The notes: generated from the sequence alone by a model not told the origin. Numbered from the stretch's first letter, positions 13,660 to 26,175 are shown. The stretch is 64,000 nucleotides of DNA from Eledone cirrhosa (GCA_964016885.1 OZ024741.1:155558001-155622000); one strand, 5' to 3'. Numbers and translations are program-made.

Positions 13660-16395
13660 GGAAGGTTTTCGAGGTTCTATGTTGACAGTTGCTGAAAAAA
13701 TCTGCTCTTCTATTAATTAATAGGGGGCCGCCTCTAATAATATTAAAAGTTTCAGCTATACATAAATTGCAGACGCCAGTGCTGCCGTTGGGCTGAGCAA
13801 ACTATGGACCAGGATAAGGAGTGCTCTATATTCTGATGTTTAAGCTTCCAGACTAATTCCGAAAGTGCCGTGCTATGTTTTTATCTAATCTATTAAAGGT
13901 ATGCGGTGATTATACCATCTATCCTTAAATTCCGTGGCAGTTGCTCCAACATACCTAAAGGTTCTATCAGGTGTGGAGACCTTACAGTCGTGGACTATCT
14001 TTTTGGTAAGGCATTTCCCAGCCATGGGGCAGATGGCGGTGCTTCTGCAGTTACATTTTTTGCTATCGATCTGGGTAGTTCCGGATGGACCACGGTACTT
14101 TTGGGGTCGGGTCTCAGTTCCAGTCTGCTCTATGGGTAAATTCCCTGGGGTTGGGGAGACCCGACTCGCCTCACGTGTATGAGTCAGTTCCTCAATAGAG
14201 CTGCCATTGTTCCTGCCATGCCTAATTCCCTCATTGGCTGACCTAAGTCTACTATAATTCATCTTAGCTATATTCTGAACTATGTTACTAGTTGTGGAGT
14301 AGGACAGCTTGATGGTATTTCTATTGAATATTTTATAATATCTGTGCGATCTAGGGAAGCATTTGTCTAAGGCCCTAAAGAAAAGCTTAGCTATACTAGT
14401 GGTCAGGCCAGTGGAGTAAGGGGGATTATACCACAGGTCTTTTCTGGTCCGATGCCTCTTGTTCCTACTAACTATATTAGAATTACCTGTCTCCCTAGTA
14501 GTTACTGGTCTATTGTAACTGGAAATTACCTGTGGGTCGATGGTGTGCTGGGGTGTCACGATTGTGTTCCGAATCGTCCCAAGTCTCCAGGGCGGTGTAC
14601 CCCCCGTGCGGCTATTGGGGTTACCCTCGATAGCTGGGGTTGTATCCACTATGCGTCTGCTACACCTGTCCCTATTCCCCCTACTCGACCCTCGTTCCAT
14701 ACTGCGTTCAACGGTAGTTTTATCGGTTCCACAATTAAGGTTCCCATTAGAGTTTCCGCTGGCGTTACGTTGCTCAGACCCAGTGTTAGTACCTGGGTGG
14801 CTGTTTCTATTAGTACCAACAGCACTCGGACTAGGCGGCAGTACAACATGAAGACTATATGAATCCTCCCTCGTATCCCGCCTGCTGTTAACTAGAGTGT
14901 CACTATTTAGGCCTAAGCTATCGCGGGCAATGTTACTTCTACTATTTAATGGACGTTTGAATGAGATTCCCTCGCTATGCCCTGCGCGTTCCAGGGCGCT
15001 ATTATAGTAATTCGAGATCTTATTAAAGGTATCTACATGGGAAGATAGGCCTGAAATTCTGCTAGAGACGCTTTTGGTAATACCGTTAGTGACTATTCTA
15101 GGGTGGTTCGATTTTGCGTTGACATAGTTTAGATTCTCGTTGGGTTTGTGGTAAGGTTGGAAGAGTCCGGAATTGAGGTTAAGTGTAACATCTAAAAAAT
15201 TAACTATTTTTAAATTCTCTTCAAATACTATACTTAGGTCTATGCTCTTGAAGAATTTGCTAAATGTTTTCCTCACCCTCTCTATCATACTATTATTATG
15301 GAACGACACAGTAAACAAGACGTCGTCACGGTAAGCGCCGCCTCCCAGGTGGGGCATTTCCGCTCCGAGACAGTCAAGGAGGTAAAGGCCCACCAGATCC
15401 GTCACCTGGGCCGAGTCCGTGGATCCCATGGTGATGTCGAAATTATCTGGCCAATCCCTCCTAGTCCACAGGTCACCGTTGAATTCAATTAAGGTTTTCC
15501 TAGCTAGGAGAATAATGCTAATTTCCTCTGATGTAAGGTCGGTGTGTAAGCTAGCAAAGTTAAGGGCCCTACCTAGAAGAGTTGGAGAGATTGAAGAGTA
15601 GTAATTAGAGATATCGAACTGTATAAACTTAGTGCTATTCTTATTCTGCGATTTCTCAAACCAGTTAATTACCTCACTAATTCCTGACCACAACTTGAGC
15701 TTCGATCTCCTAACTAGAGTGGGGATTATTTTATCAGGGATGTTTTTACTTACGATTCCTATGTCCGACTTCGAAGGGGCTATCAGCCTGACAGGTCTTA
15801 ATGATTAAAAGTTCAATTTGTGGTCCTTCAGCAAAATCCTTGGGGTTCTAGGATGGAAGGGTTCGGTTTTATCCTCAATACCCAGTTTAATCATGATGCT
15901 ATTGGCCTCCGTGTTAATTAAATCCAGGTTGGCCCGTGTAGTTTTTCTATAGCTTTTCCTAAGTTCTCTGGTTATCAAATCATCATAAGTTACTCTATCC
16001 ATATCGTACAGGTTGTTAGTCTTGTCTGCGTGCACTAAAATGCCGGTCGAGTTCTTCAATTTTACTAGATCACCATTCAGTCGTCTCAGGTAACTTTTTC
16101 GCCTGAGTGGGTTTTTCCTAAACTTAAGGTTGGACACTATGTTAGACATTTCAGTCTCGAATTCCTCCAAGTATTTATTGTGTGGTGGATTTCTTCTGGA
16201 TTTGAATATTTCCTCGATGCCGCGCGTTCCCTCCCTGGGGTGGTTTGTTAGTGTTCCTCTGTCGAAGTGGAAGGCCTTCCAACGCATTCTACTGACAAAA
16301 GAATCCGATTTATCTATGGCCAACCTTGTGAATTCTTTTATGTCGGGAAAAGGGATGTCCTTAAGTGAAGAGTTCACCGAGAATTTCTCCATCAT
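13660..16395 (-). pseudogene. Naiad-like RT + GIY-YIG ORF; one TAA near 15805 and frameshifted near 13900
   Basis: ORFs 15805-16395 and 13885-15693 are in one frame. The C-terminus CNLCIAE..LINRRADFFSNCQHR is recovered below 13800. Confidence 0.85.
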
Positions 16396-17146
16396 ATTCC
16401 TTGCTTAACAGCATTAAGTGCTCAACAAAAATAGGAGCTTTAAGTTGTTATATAGTAAGGTGCATTATTGGTTGTGTAAAATGGTCCAATAACTTTATGT
16501 TAGCAATAATAAATTCTCCACGCTTTTGTATATCTCCAATTCCATTCGAGGGAAAAGCTAGATGATGTAAAACGGAGTATAAGTATCAAAATGAAAATCC
16601 GAAGGCAAGGTAAAATTCCAATAATTTAATCACGACACATGTTTCAATAAGAGATAGATCGATTGTGAAGCCATGATCGATTATCACTGATTATATATAT
16701 AAATATATAAAAGAAAAATCAAGAAGAACAAATCAACACAAGTGAACTATAACATTTTAAAATTCAATAATGTTGAATTAACGTTTGATAAAGCTGGAAA
16801 AGTCTCGTAAAGTTTTAGACACCAATTCTTCATTGCAAGATATAAAACAGAGAGATAAGAGGATATTTGGGAGAGAAGAAGGAAAAGGACAGATGAGGGT
16901 AAAAAAGAAGCAACCAGGGGAAAGGGGAGAGTGAAAAGAAAGTATGTGCTGCTGTTAGTCAAACTCCCGCAAAGCTGTAAAGCTTTCGTCCACTAAATTT
17001 CACCCTCAAAGAATAAATACTAACATTTTGAAAACTGTTGTAGGTAACGTCGTGTCAGAGACGTGTATTGAAAAAGCTACGAATCAGTGCCCTGAAGCCG
17101 TAAGCAGATACCGTATCATAAGAAATAACGATCAGTCATGCCGGTA

Positions 17147-17198
<52 letters not shown>

Positions 17199-17646
17199 GT
17201 TTTAACCATTTTCTTACCATATTTCTAATAAAAGACACTCCCTATGATTTTTGATAAAATAATAAAAAAATAATGAGGAATGTGGAGGGATTTAATAATA
17301 TAATTTAACAAAGGTTCTTACGTAGAAACATGATGGAAGTTCTTTTTAGATAAATATAAGAATATTAACACTTTCGTTAGCATATTTAGTAATATAACTA
17401 ACTTTCTCATTATTTAATTAGAAATAACTTATTGGTTAAAAATCGAGATTGAACGATTAAAAAAACGAACTTGAACGGCCAGTATGCAAAAGCGTTAGCG
17501 CGTCCGATTAAATACGTTGGAATTCGGTCTGGTTTATCTGAGTTCAAATTTCGCTAGGGTCAACTTCACTTTTCATTCTTTTGGGGTCAATAAATATAGT
17601 TGATGGCTTGACTGTTGAGAATAATTTATATTTTCTTGTTTTGCAG

Positions 17647-17755
17647 ACGCCTTCTCCTGATGCGTGATTGTATGGAGACAAAGGACGCTGATTGCCATGC
17701 ACATATCAAAGGACTCATAAAAAGCGACTGCAAATGTAATATCTCTTTACACTAA
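17647..17755 (+). CDS. Candidate host exon, Cys-containing (RLLLMRDCMETKDADCHAHIKGLIKSDCK[CNISLH*])
   Basis: Strong acceptor ttttcttgttttgcag| with one open frame. Possible donor after 17735, or stop at 17753-17755. Confidence 0.35.
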
Positions 17756-18384
17756 TTATGTCAATCATAGAAAAATGCGTTACTAATGGTTTTATAAAGT
17801 GTAACAGTACAGTTTTAAACAAGGCTATGTGAATGAATATACATATTGAGTAAAACAGACTTATAAAATATTTACATACATTTTGGTATATTAAAATTGA
17901 TTTTCGACTAATATTTGGGTTCCACCAGAAGATGTCGATATCATTGATCAACTGCAGAGATTACGTAACTGATGGCGTTATAAATTCTACGAAATATAGT
18001 AGCAACCGTGTAATGGAGGTTCTAATTTGCATATCATTAGTACTTTTGTTGGTACCCAATCAATCTATACTAAATTGTTGCACTAATTGGTCGACATATG
18101 CGATGAAAATATATCTGTACAGATACACTACAGGATTTACTTAAAGTATATGTATATTGATATAAATATACACTTTGTATGTATGTAGATATGTAAACAT
18201 GACATATTTACGTATTTTTCAGTAAACTAAAAGAGATTATGAACTGCCTTAATCGATTATCGTCCATTATTAAGGTCTTATCAACCATAGAGAAATGCGT
18301 AACGAATGGTTTTATAAAGTGTAACAAATTGACAGTAACAATGTGTTCCTTCCCTTTATGTTCTGAGTTGGAATCTCACATTTG

Positions 18385-19190
18385 CTTTATATTTTTCGGA
18401 GAGGTTCTGGGCGTCGACGAAGTAGAACTGACCAGTTTGTTCCGTAGGACTTTCTAGCTGGGGACTCCGAATAACGTCCAGAAATCCCTCGCTTGGCTGT
18501 GCTACCGGGGAGCACTGTCGGTTCAAGATAAACCCTACAGGTACAGAAGTGCTGTCGGACGAACCTGCCCGAAATGCGCACAGAGCGACGAAACCGTTCT
18601 GCGCACACTCGTCCAGTATCCGTGCATTACTGACTTGTGGAGTTATGTCGAACAGCTGTTGTTGCGTGTAGGACGGATCCGGTTATCAATCGAGTTCATA
18701 GTGAAGATCGCCTTGCCACAGTCTTTTAACTAGGAAGGGCAGACAGTTTTTCTCTGTCAGGTGGCGTTAGCGGAAGAGGTTGTGTGGAGGACAAGGCTGA
18801 AAGGACTGAAGACAGATACTTTTCTCTTCGGTCAATCCTTCATCAACTTTTTCAAGTTTCATTTGGAAAGGAAGGGGAGTGTGGAGAGAGAAGTGTTGCC
18901 CTCAGTACATTTACTAAAATGTGGCGGTAATGACCCGTGTGAATGGGCCTACTGTGAACATGCACCTGTAGATAGGTTAATTTGAGGAGAGAGGGGTGTC
19001 CTTCCCGGAAGCTCTCGAAGTGTCAGGTGGTTCAGGATTGATGGGGTACCTGAGTTGCCCTTGAGTGGTTTGCCCCACTATTGGGGAAATTATATTTTTA
19101 TATTTTATTGTTAATTGTTTTTGTTAATTTGTTTTTACTCAATTTTATTGTAAAACCCCACAGTCCCTCTCTTTGTATGGTTCCCTATAA
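18385..19190 (+). mobile_element. Tx1/L1-type LINE 3' fragment, decayed
   Basis: Homologous to 59660-60480 (VWRTRLKGLKTDTFLFGQSFINFFKFHLERK) and to its 3' UTR. Confidence 0.85.
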
Positions 19191-19196
19191 GTCAGC

Positions 19197-19416
19197 CTGT
19201 GGCTGGATTGGCAGTATCGATAGAGAGTTAGGCACCATGCTTCCAACATAGAGTCAGGTCCCTTTACGGTTTGAGTTCAAATCCCGCCGAGGTTAACTTT
19301 GCTTTTCGTCCTTACGGGGTCGATAAAATAAAGTACCAGTCACGCAGTGGGGTCGATTAAATTGACTTTCCCCTCTCCCAAAATTGTTGGCATTGTGCCT
19401 ATATATGATTATTATT
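19197..19416 (+). mobile_element. tRNA-derived SINE
   Basis: Same family as 9268-9482. Confidence 0.85.
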
Positions 19417-19540
19417 TGATAGAATGTTGCAGCTTCATAAAATATTTTTTCCTTTTTTTAACTTCAGCGTACAACTAATATATCTGTTTCCTCTTGGAAT
19501 ATATGTAAGTATTATCACCACCATTATTAAAAACACACCT

Positions 19541-19757
19541 AGGACGGTGGATTGGCAGTATCGTTAGAGCGTCGGACACCATGCTTTGAAGCATAGAGTA
19601 ATGGCCCTTCATGATCTGAGTTCAAATCTCGCCGAGGTTAACTTTACCTTTCATCCTTACGGGGTCGATAAAATAAAGTACCAGTCACGCACTGGGGTCG
19701 ATTTAATCGACTTCCCCCAAATTGCTGGCCTTGTGCCTATATAAGAAACCATTATTA
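19541..19757 (+). mobile_element. tRNA-derived SINE with apparent target-site duplication
   Basis: Same family. attattaaaaacacaccta occurs on both sides (about 19523-19541 and 19751-19769). Confidence 0.88.
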
Positions 19758-19823
19758 AAAACACACCTACCCACCATTGCAACAACAACAACAACAAAAA
19801 CAACAACAAAAACAACAACAACA

Positions 19824-19874
<51 letters not shown>

Positions 19875-19875
<1 letters not shown>

Positions 19876-20137
19876 GTGCATGGTCATTCTAGGCCCATCT
19901 GCTCGGGTCGTTCTCGCTACATTCACCCAGGTTTTAACAAATAAACGCGTGTGTGTGTGTGGAGGGGGGTAGGGGGGAGCTTCGCTGAAGAGGAAACTGT
20001 CTGTCTTGAGTCCTTTCAGACGCGTCAACCGCACAATCTTTTTCGCTACACCCACCAGACCCAGGAAAAAAGCCTGCCCTTCCCGGCCAAAAGAATATGG
20101 TTCGGCTATCTTCACAGTGGATTCGGTCGATAGCCAT
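19875..20137 (-). mobile_element. Tx1-type LINE 3' fragment abutting the gap
   Basis: LSTESTVKIAEPYSFGREGQAFF..RLKGLKTDSFLF matches the ORF2 C-terminus at about 59960-60110. Confidence 0.8.
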
Positions 20138-20337
20138 NNNNNNNNNNNNNNNNNNNNNNNNNNNNNNNNNNNNNNNNNNNNNNNNNNNNNNNNNNNNNNN
20201 NNNNNNNNNNNNNNNNNNNNNNNNNNNNNNNNNNNNNNNNNNNNNNNNNNNNNNNNNNNNNNNNNNNNNNNNNNNNNNNNNNNNNNNNNNNNNNNNNNNN
20301 NNNNNNNNNNNNNNNNNNNNNNNNNNNNNNNNNNNNN
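20138..20337. other. Assembly gap (200 N)
   Basis: Run of N. Confidence 1.
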
Positions 20338-20380
20338 AAACACACACACACACATATCTATACTTATAAAGCTGACGGTC

Positions 20381-20424
<44 letters not shown>

Positions 20425-20425
20425 G

Positions 20426-21386
20426 CAAGATGATATTTACCAAAAAGAAGAACAAGTCAACATCATTGGATACCATCAGAGTTGCAGGTGTTATATCACA
20501 GTTTTCCTTCTCCTAGAATTCTGCCTTGACAAAGGCTAAGGGGTCATCTCTCCCGGTGATTAAGGATGGCCATTGACTCTTAAGAGCTCCTTTGTCCTTT
20601 GACAGGTTTTGTTTTTAGTCCTGCAGGATGTCCAAAGTCACCCTCCTCACCAAAAAACCATAGTGGGGTTGCGAGTTTAGTCGCCAACGACCCGACCATG
20701 GGACAGGTTGTACTGGGATACATGTTAACAGTAGCACCAACTGGTGACCTGACATAGTGACCTGACCAACTGGTGAACTGACTCGAGCAAACCCAAGATG
20801 CGTTTTAAGGACTGCATCAAGAGGGTGCTCAACAAAAGTAACATCCCTTGTGTGCAATGGGAAGCATGCGCTAGCGACCGATCGTATTGGAGGAAAGCAG
20901 TGGCTAGTGGAAAGAGTCTATTTGAGGAAACAAGAAGAAGGCACGCGACACTAAAAAGAGATGTCCGGAAAGGAATCCATGTTGGCCTTCCCGAAGGCAT
21001 TGACAGATGGCCTGACCTGACATGTGGGACCTGTAATAGGGTTTGTCTGAGCATGGCAGGTCTAAAGAGTTACCTGAGAGTGCACAAGAACAGCGAAGCA
21101 GGAACCTGTGGAGCTATAAGTGTTCATCAGACAACGACAAGTAATGTTTGTGGAAGGGTATGCAGGTCGAGTAGTGATCTCACACGACACCTTAGGTCAC
21201 ATGGTACCATGAGCCCAGCAATAATTGTCACAAGTGTAGTGTTTGTACCAGAGTTTTCAAGTCGCTGGCTGGACTAAAAAGCCACACTCGTTCAGAGCAT
21301 CGGTAGGGGTTCTCCTACATGGATATAAAGTAGTGGCCGTACTCGAAAACGAGTTGGCAGCCACCATGTATGTATGTATGTATGTA
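20426..21386 (+). mobile_element. RTE-type LINE insertion: antisense putative 5' UTR (20426-~20745) joined to a sense 3' end with C2H2 fingers, in (TATG)n
   Basis: KPKMRFKDCIKR..WE..ASDRSYWR; fingers CGTCNRVC..H and CGRVC..H; tail GGCAGCCACC(ATGT)n. Confidence 0.8.
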
Positions 21387-21569
21387 CAAAGGGCGGAAGA
21401 ACTCATAAGGGTCAATGGCCATCCAAAAGTGTGTAAATATGTATATACACATGTACATGTCTGTGTACATGTGTATATGCATGGGTGCATGTGTATGTAT
21501 ATGCGCGGGGACATAGAAATATTCGGGCTGGACACCCGATCGCGCCGTTAAACCACTGGGAGTGAAGTA

Positions 21570-21870
21570 CCCCTAGCCTTTCTCAGGGCATTCTTCTAGG
21601 AGAAGGCAACTCAGGAAACTGGGATAACTCCGATATAAAACCTGCGGCTCAGTAGTTACCGATGATGTTGATATTTTCTTCTTTTCGGGTTATAGCTACT
21701 GTCGCTGAGAGAGTGGGATTGGCTCAGTGCACAGTCTTTCGTCACTTTAAAAAATATCTTCACGCACAGGCATTGCACGATAGAATTAATTAATTATTAT
21801 TAATAATGGTATATCGTGCAATGGCCATACTCGATAACGAGGGGGCAGCCATCATGTATGTATGTACGTA
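21570..21870 (+). mobile_element. Short non-coding RTE-derived (bipartite) element
   Basis: CCCTAGCCTTT..TTCTAGGAGAAGG segment like the putative RTE 5' UTR, followed by an RTE-like tail GGCCATACTCGATAACGAGGGGGCAGCCATC(ATGT)n. Confidence 0.65.
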
Positions 21871-22039
21871 TATTAACAACGCAGCTTAACTCTTTCTTTT
21901 TAGACTCATTTCTACGGTAGCTCCTCCCCTTTGCTACGAAGTCGGAAGGATAACATGACATGGGAGGGTGTGTGGTATCTTTGCAGTGGAGTGGTGGGGC
22001 AGGTATATCTAGCTGGACGTCAGCCGGACGGGCCAGCTA

Positions 22040-22096
<57 letters not shown>

Positions 22097-22222
22097 ATAA
22101 CAAGTTATCGTTATAAGTAATCCAGTTAGAGGTTGTCATTACTCTGTCTCGTGGATAGTTTATCCGGGTTCAATCGGGGATAACCCCAGTAAGTAAGGTA
22201 CTCAATACATAACAGAGTACAA

Positions 22223-22327
22223 ATATTTAATATAGAAATGGCTTCTACAGGACTAGAACTGTTTCTTGATGATTTCTCTCGAATGAAACAGTTCTAGTTC
22301 TGTAAAAGCCATTTCTATATTAAATAT
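22223..22327. repeat. Inverted repeat (43-bp arms) within a dispersed repeat that recurs at about 38000-38120
   Basis: atatttaatatagaaatggcttctacaggactagaactgtttc / gaaacagttctagttctgtaaaagccatttctatattaaatat. Confidence 0.85.
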
Positions 22328-22340
22328 CTCTATATCTCTA

Positions 22341-22559
22341 TATATCAACTAGAAATAGATTGACATATATATATATAAAATAAGCATATGAAACAATCAC
22401 AGGGAATAATTTATAAAGTGTGTAAGCACACATAGCTAGGTAGGTAACTTAATTATTTACCTACCCAGCTATGTGTGCTTACACACTTTACAAATTATTC
22501 CCTGAGATTGTTTCATATGCTTATTTTATATATATGTCAATCTATTTCTAATTGATATA
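22341..22559. repeat. Near-perfect fold-back, arms about 105 bp, 9-nt loop
   Basis: 22341-22447 is the reverse complement of 22457-22559 with few mismatches. Confidence 0.9.
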
Positions 22560-22663
22560 AAATGCTCAGATCTATTCATTGGAATCTTTGAGCTTATTCT
22601 GCAGTGGATATGGCGCATGTCTCTCAGACATGACAACCCTTAATTTAATTTTGGATATCATAA

Positions 22664-23941
22664 TCTATAAAGCTCAGTGTGTGGTCATGCTCCTTTCTTA
22701 TAGAAATCTACGATATAGAATTTCTTCAATTGAAATTTACAATTCAGTATTCGAAATAATTTCGATTGCGTCTTGGCACATCTCATTTTTTCAATTTCAC
22801 CCACAATTACGCAAAAAATAGATAAAACTCAATATTTTACGATTTTTCTCTGTCATTTAAACTGCTAAACTCTTTCCACTACCATTCAAAATCTATACAA
22901 CTTCATACTTTCTGCTACTTTCTCTTTCCAAGCTTGATGGTGATACTGTCCGTATTACTCTGTCATATCATCTGCTCCTCTATCTACAACCCACACATTT
23001 TGCTACTTTCTCTTTTATACTTCAAATTATTACATTTCATACGAAACGACAATTATTCAAAAGCAACAGATACATTTATTCAACAACAAGCGATAGATCT
23101 TTTTTAAAACCTCTTTTCCAAACACATACAAACACACACTCACTTCAACAACAACAACAACAATCTGCCTTTTATAGATAATGATAAACAATAATATCCT
23201 CTATGAGGTCACTAAACCTGCTAGAAACAGCAGCTAACTCTCACCCATATCACACCCCTCCCTACTGTCTTAAATTTAGAAAACATATCTTCTATGAGGT
23301 CACTAAACCTGCTAGAAACAGCAGCTAACTCTCCCCCATAACACACCACTCCCTACTGTCTTAAATTTAGAAAACACATATCCTCTATGAGGTTACTAAA
23401 CCTGCTAGAAACAGCAGCTAACTCTCCCCCATATCACACCCATCCCTACTGTCTTAAATTTAGAAAACATATCTTCTATGAGGTCACTAAACCTGCTAGA
23501 AACAGCAGCTAACTCTCCTCCATATCACACCACTCCCTACTGTCTTAAATTTAGAAAACACATATCCTCTATGAGGTCACTAAACCTGCTAGAAACAACA
23601 GCTAACTCTCTCTCCTATCACAACCCTCCCTACTGTCTTAAATTTAGAAAACACACAGACAACCATGCAGAACAACCCCATCGCAGCTCTGTTGTTCGGC
23701 TGGCATCGTCTACGCGCGTGTTACGCAAGTACTGTGAAACAATAAATTTCAACACTTTTTTGCACAGAGATAATATCCATAGGCGAAACTACAATTGTCA
23801 CTGCTGGCGCAGCTCCTGCTTCCAGGTCTGCAATTCATTCACCCAGTGCCTGGCAGACAAAAAAGTGCTGCCATAAAATGGGTGGTGCAACCTAACTTTG
23901 GTAACTTAATGACCCCGAGCAATGCCGGGCTTTAATGCTAG
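22664..23941 (+). mobile_element. Non-autonomous Helitron-like element; 5' end tentative
   Basis: A|TCTATAAAG start; 3' hairpin CCCGAGCAATGCCGGG followed by CTAG|T at 23938-23941. Confidence 0.6.
23194..23655 (+). repeat. Tandem repeat, 5 units alternating 91/93 bp
   Basis: CTATGAGG recurs at 23201, 23292, 23385, 23476 and 23569. Confidence 0.95.
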
Positions 23942-24172
23942 TATATCTATATATCTATATATATGTATATGTTCAATCTTATATATCTGACTCTGTAGTC
24001 CACAACTTGTCATAAAATACTTCTTTTCCACAAAAAACAAATTTCGTTTTGCTTCGATAGAATATAATATTCATATCTACACTAAATTGAGTTCCAAGAT
24101 GGTTATAACTCCTACCTTAATTGGATAAATATTAATGTGTGTGTGTATATATATATATATACATATATATGC

Positions 24173-24305
<133 letters not shown>

Positions 24306-24459
24306 TGAGACGAATCGTTCTAGTAATGTTCTGGAGAACTCATCTTTCTTCAGTTTCTCAGATGTAACGGAGTGATAACGTCTCTCGTAGCTTTATCCTC
24401 AATTGGTTCAATTAATACATATTAAAAGAGAAAAGAAGCAAGGTTTTTTTTTCTTGATC

Positions 24460-24848
24460 GGCGGCGAATTGGAAGAATCGTTAGAATGTTAGATAGAATG
24501 CTTTGCGGTATTCGTTCCGGCTCTCTATGTGTTTAGTTCAAATCCCGCCGAGGTCTACATTGCTTTTCATCTTTTCGAGATCATCAAATAAAGTAGTAGA
24601 ATGAAATCAGCAAGAGTAGTTGATTGCTGGATTATCACAGTGCCGATTAGCTATTTTGTGGTATCTGATCCACCTCTTATCGTTCTGAATTCAAATTTTA
24701 CCTCTTTCCGCAAAGAGTTGCGAGCAACACATAATATTGTTTCTACTTTTGGCACAAGGCCAGCAATTATCCCAGTGTTTTACTGGTACTTTATTTTATC
24801 GACGCCGTAAGAATGAAAGGCAAAGTTAACCTCGGCGGGATTTGAAAC
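24460..24848. mobile_element. Two SINE fragments (24460-24600 +, 24733-24848 -)
   Basis: B-box GTTCAAATCCCGCCGAGG and body sequences of the main SINE family. Confidence 0.75.
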
Positions 24849-25509
24849 ACATAATATTGAAAAAGGAAAGATCACTGGAAGCATTTTTCCTTGGTCTAAT
24901 ATGACGACTACTCCTTTAGTTAATATTTTCAGATATAACTGTATTATACATTTCCTTTGCTACATCAGAAATATTTTTCGTTCCTTTTATCTAGAGAAAA
25001 TGGAGTGATTTTTCAAATTATTTATATTTTTCTTTCATATTTTCATTATCTCAATTTACATTCGCATTGAAATGCATTCGTATACTTAATTTTAGTTTTG
25101 CTCATCACATCAAAGAGCTTTGATACAAGATCTTCCATTTCACATCACACTCTCCCGTGTCTTTTATTTTATTTTATATAACAAAACATTTAACATCCTG
25201 CACCTCAAGCCATGAATATGTAAATCTAGTGATGTTTTAAACCTGAAATAAAACAAAAACGAAAAAAAAACAACCAGAAAAAAACAGTCAAAAGTCGTTC
25301 CATCTTATGCGCTTAATATACGTCTAGTAAATTATCCAATAACATTGTTTTAATGTTATTTAGTAATAGAATATTAAATGGAGTTGGAAAGTTTTTAGAT
25401 ATGAAGGTTATGTTATATAGTTGTACAGAAACTATTTATAGATCTAGGCATAAATATTATTTTTGGATTCTATGTACAGATATTATCTACACATACTATG
25501 TGCGGATAC

Positions 25510-25645
25510 TATGTATAGATCTTGACAACATGCTCTGTACAAATACAGCGAACAGATATGTATAGATCTCTGTTCAAATACAGCGTACAGATATGTATAG
25601 ATCTTTGTACAAATACAGCGTACAAATATGTATAGATCTATGTAG
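25510..25645 (+). repeat. Short tandem repeat, unit about 35 bp
   Basis: TATGTATAGATCT..ACAAATACAGCG repeated 3-4 times. Confidence 0.75.
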
Positions 25646-26142
25646 AGATATTATTGTACATAGCCATGAAGGATGCTCGAATATATTGCATACTGTTCTT
25701 TGGTTAGTAAAATTACGCAATGCGATGTGCGTCGTCCTCATACCAGTAATTAGAGTAGGTGTGTTGTTGTTTGACTGAGGGGGCTGGGATATGGTTTTGA
25801 AAGATGTGTTAGAATTTAATTTATGGCTGATGTGGCTCGGTGGCTAGGGTTAATTGTTAGATTACGATTTGTGTTGCGTAAATTCATGGATAGCATGGGT
25901 TTGGTTTAGATTTGTTTACATTCTAGTTGCGGCACATACAGTCATCATTATACTCACACGTGCGCACTCACAAACACTCACATGTGCACACGCATACATA
26001 CATACATGCATACATACATACACGCGTACTTACATGCATATATATAATTACCAATTTATATATAATATAAAAGAGAGATGTTTATTGGTTGGTTTAATCA
26101 CACGAAAACCACACACACACTCACACACATGCACATTCATCT

Positions 26143-26175
<33 letters not shown>

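Larger units (their letters stand above)
12150..16689 (-). mobile_element. Near full-length Penelope-like element (Naiad-like) with a 106-bp terminal direct repeat (12150-12255 = 16584-16689)
   Basis: N-terminal SLKDIP..RMRWKA; RT (FDISNYY, TMGS, YRDD, FLDVTLNL, SNHP); YNPPYS..KIFNRNTIKLSYS; CNCRSTAICP..YVG. Flanked by (TA)n. Confidence 0.92.

Noticed and set aside
19873-20539. ORFs spanning X runs
   Set aside because: Artefacts of the 200-N gap.
22010-22040. Separate Helitron ending in GGCCAGCTAG|T
   Set aside because: Terminus-like, but the hairpin is degenerate and no 5' end could be assigned.
23194-23655. CRISPR-like array or tandem hammerhead (CTATGA...GAAA)
   Set aside because: Units are contiguous with no unique spacers, there are no cas genes, and the hammerhead core and stems cannot be formed.
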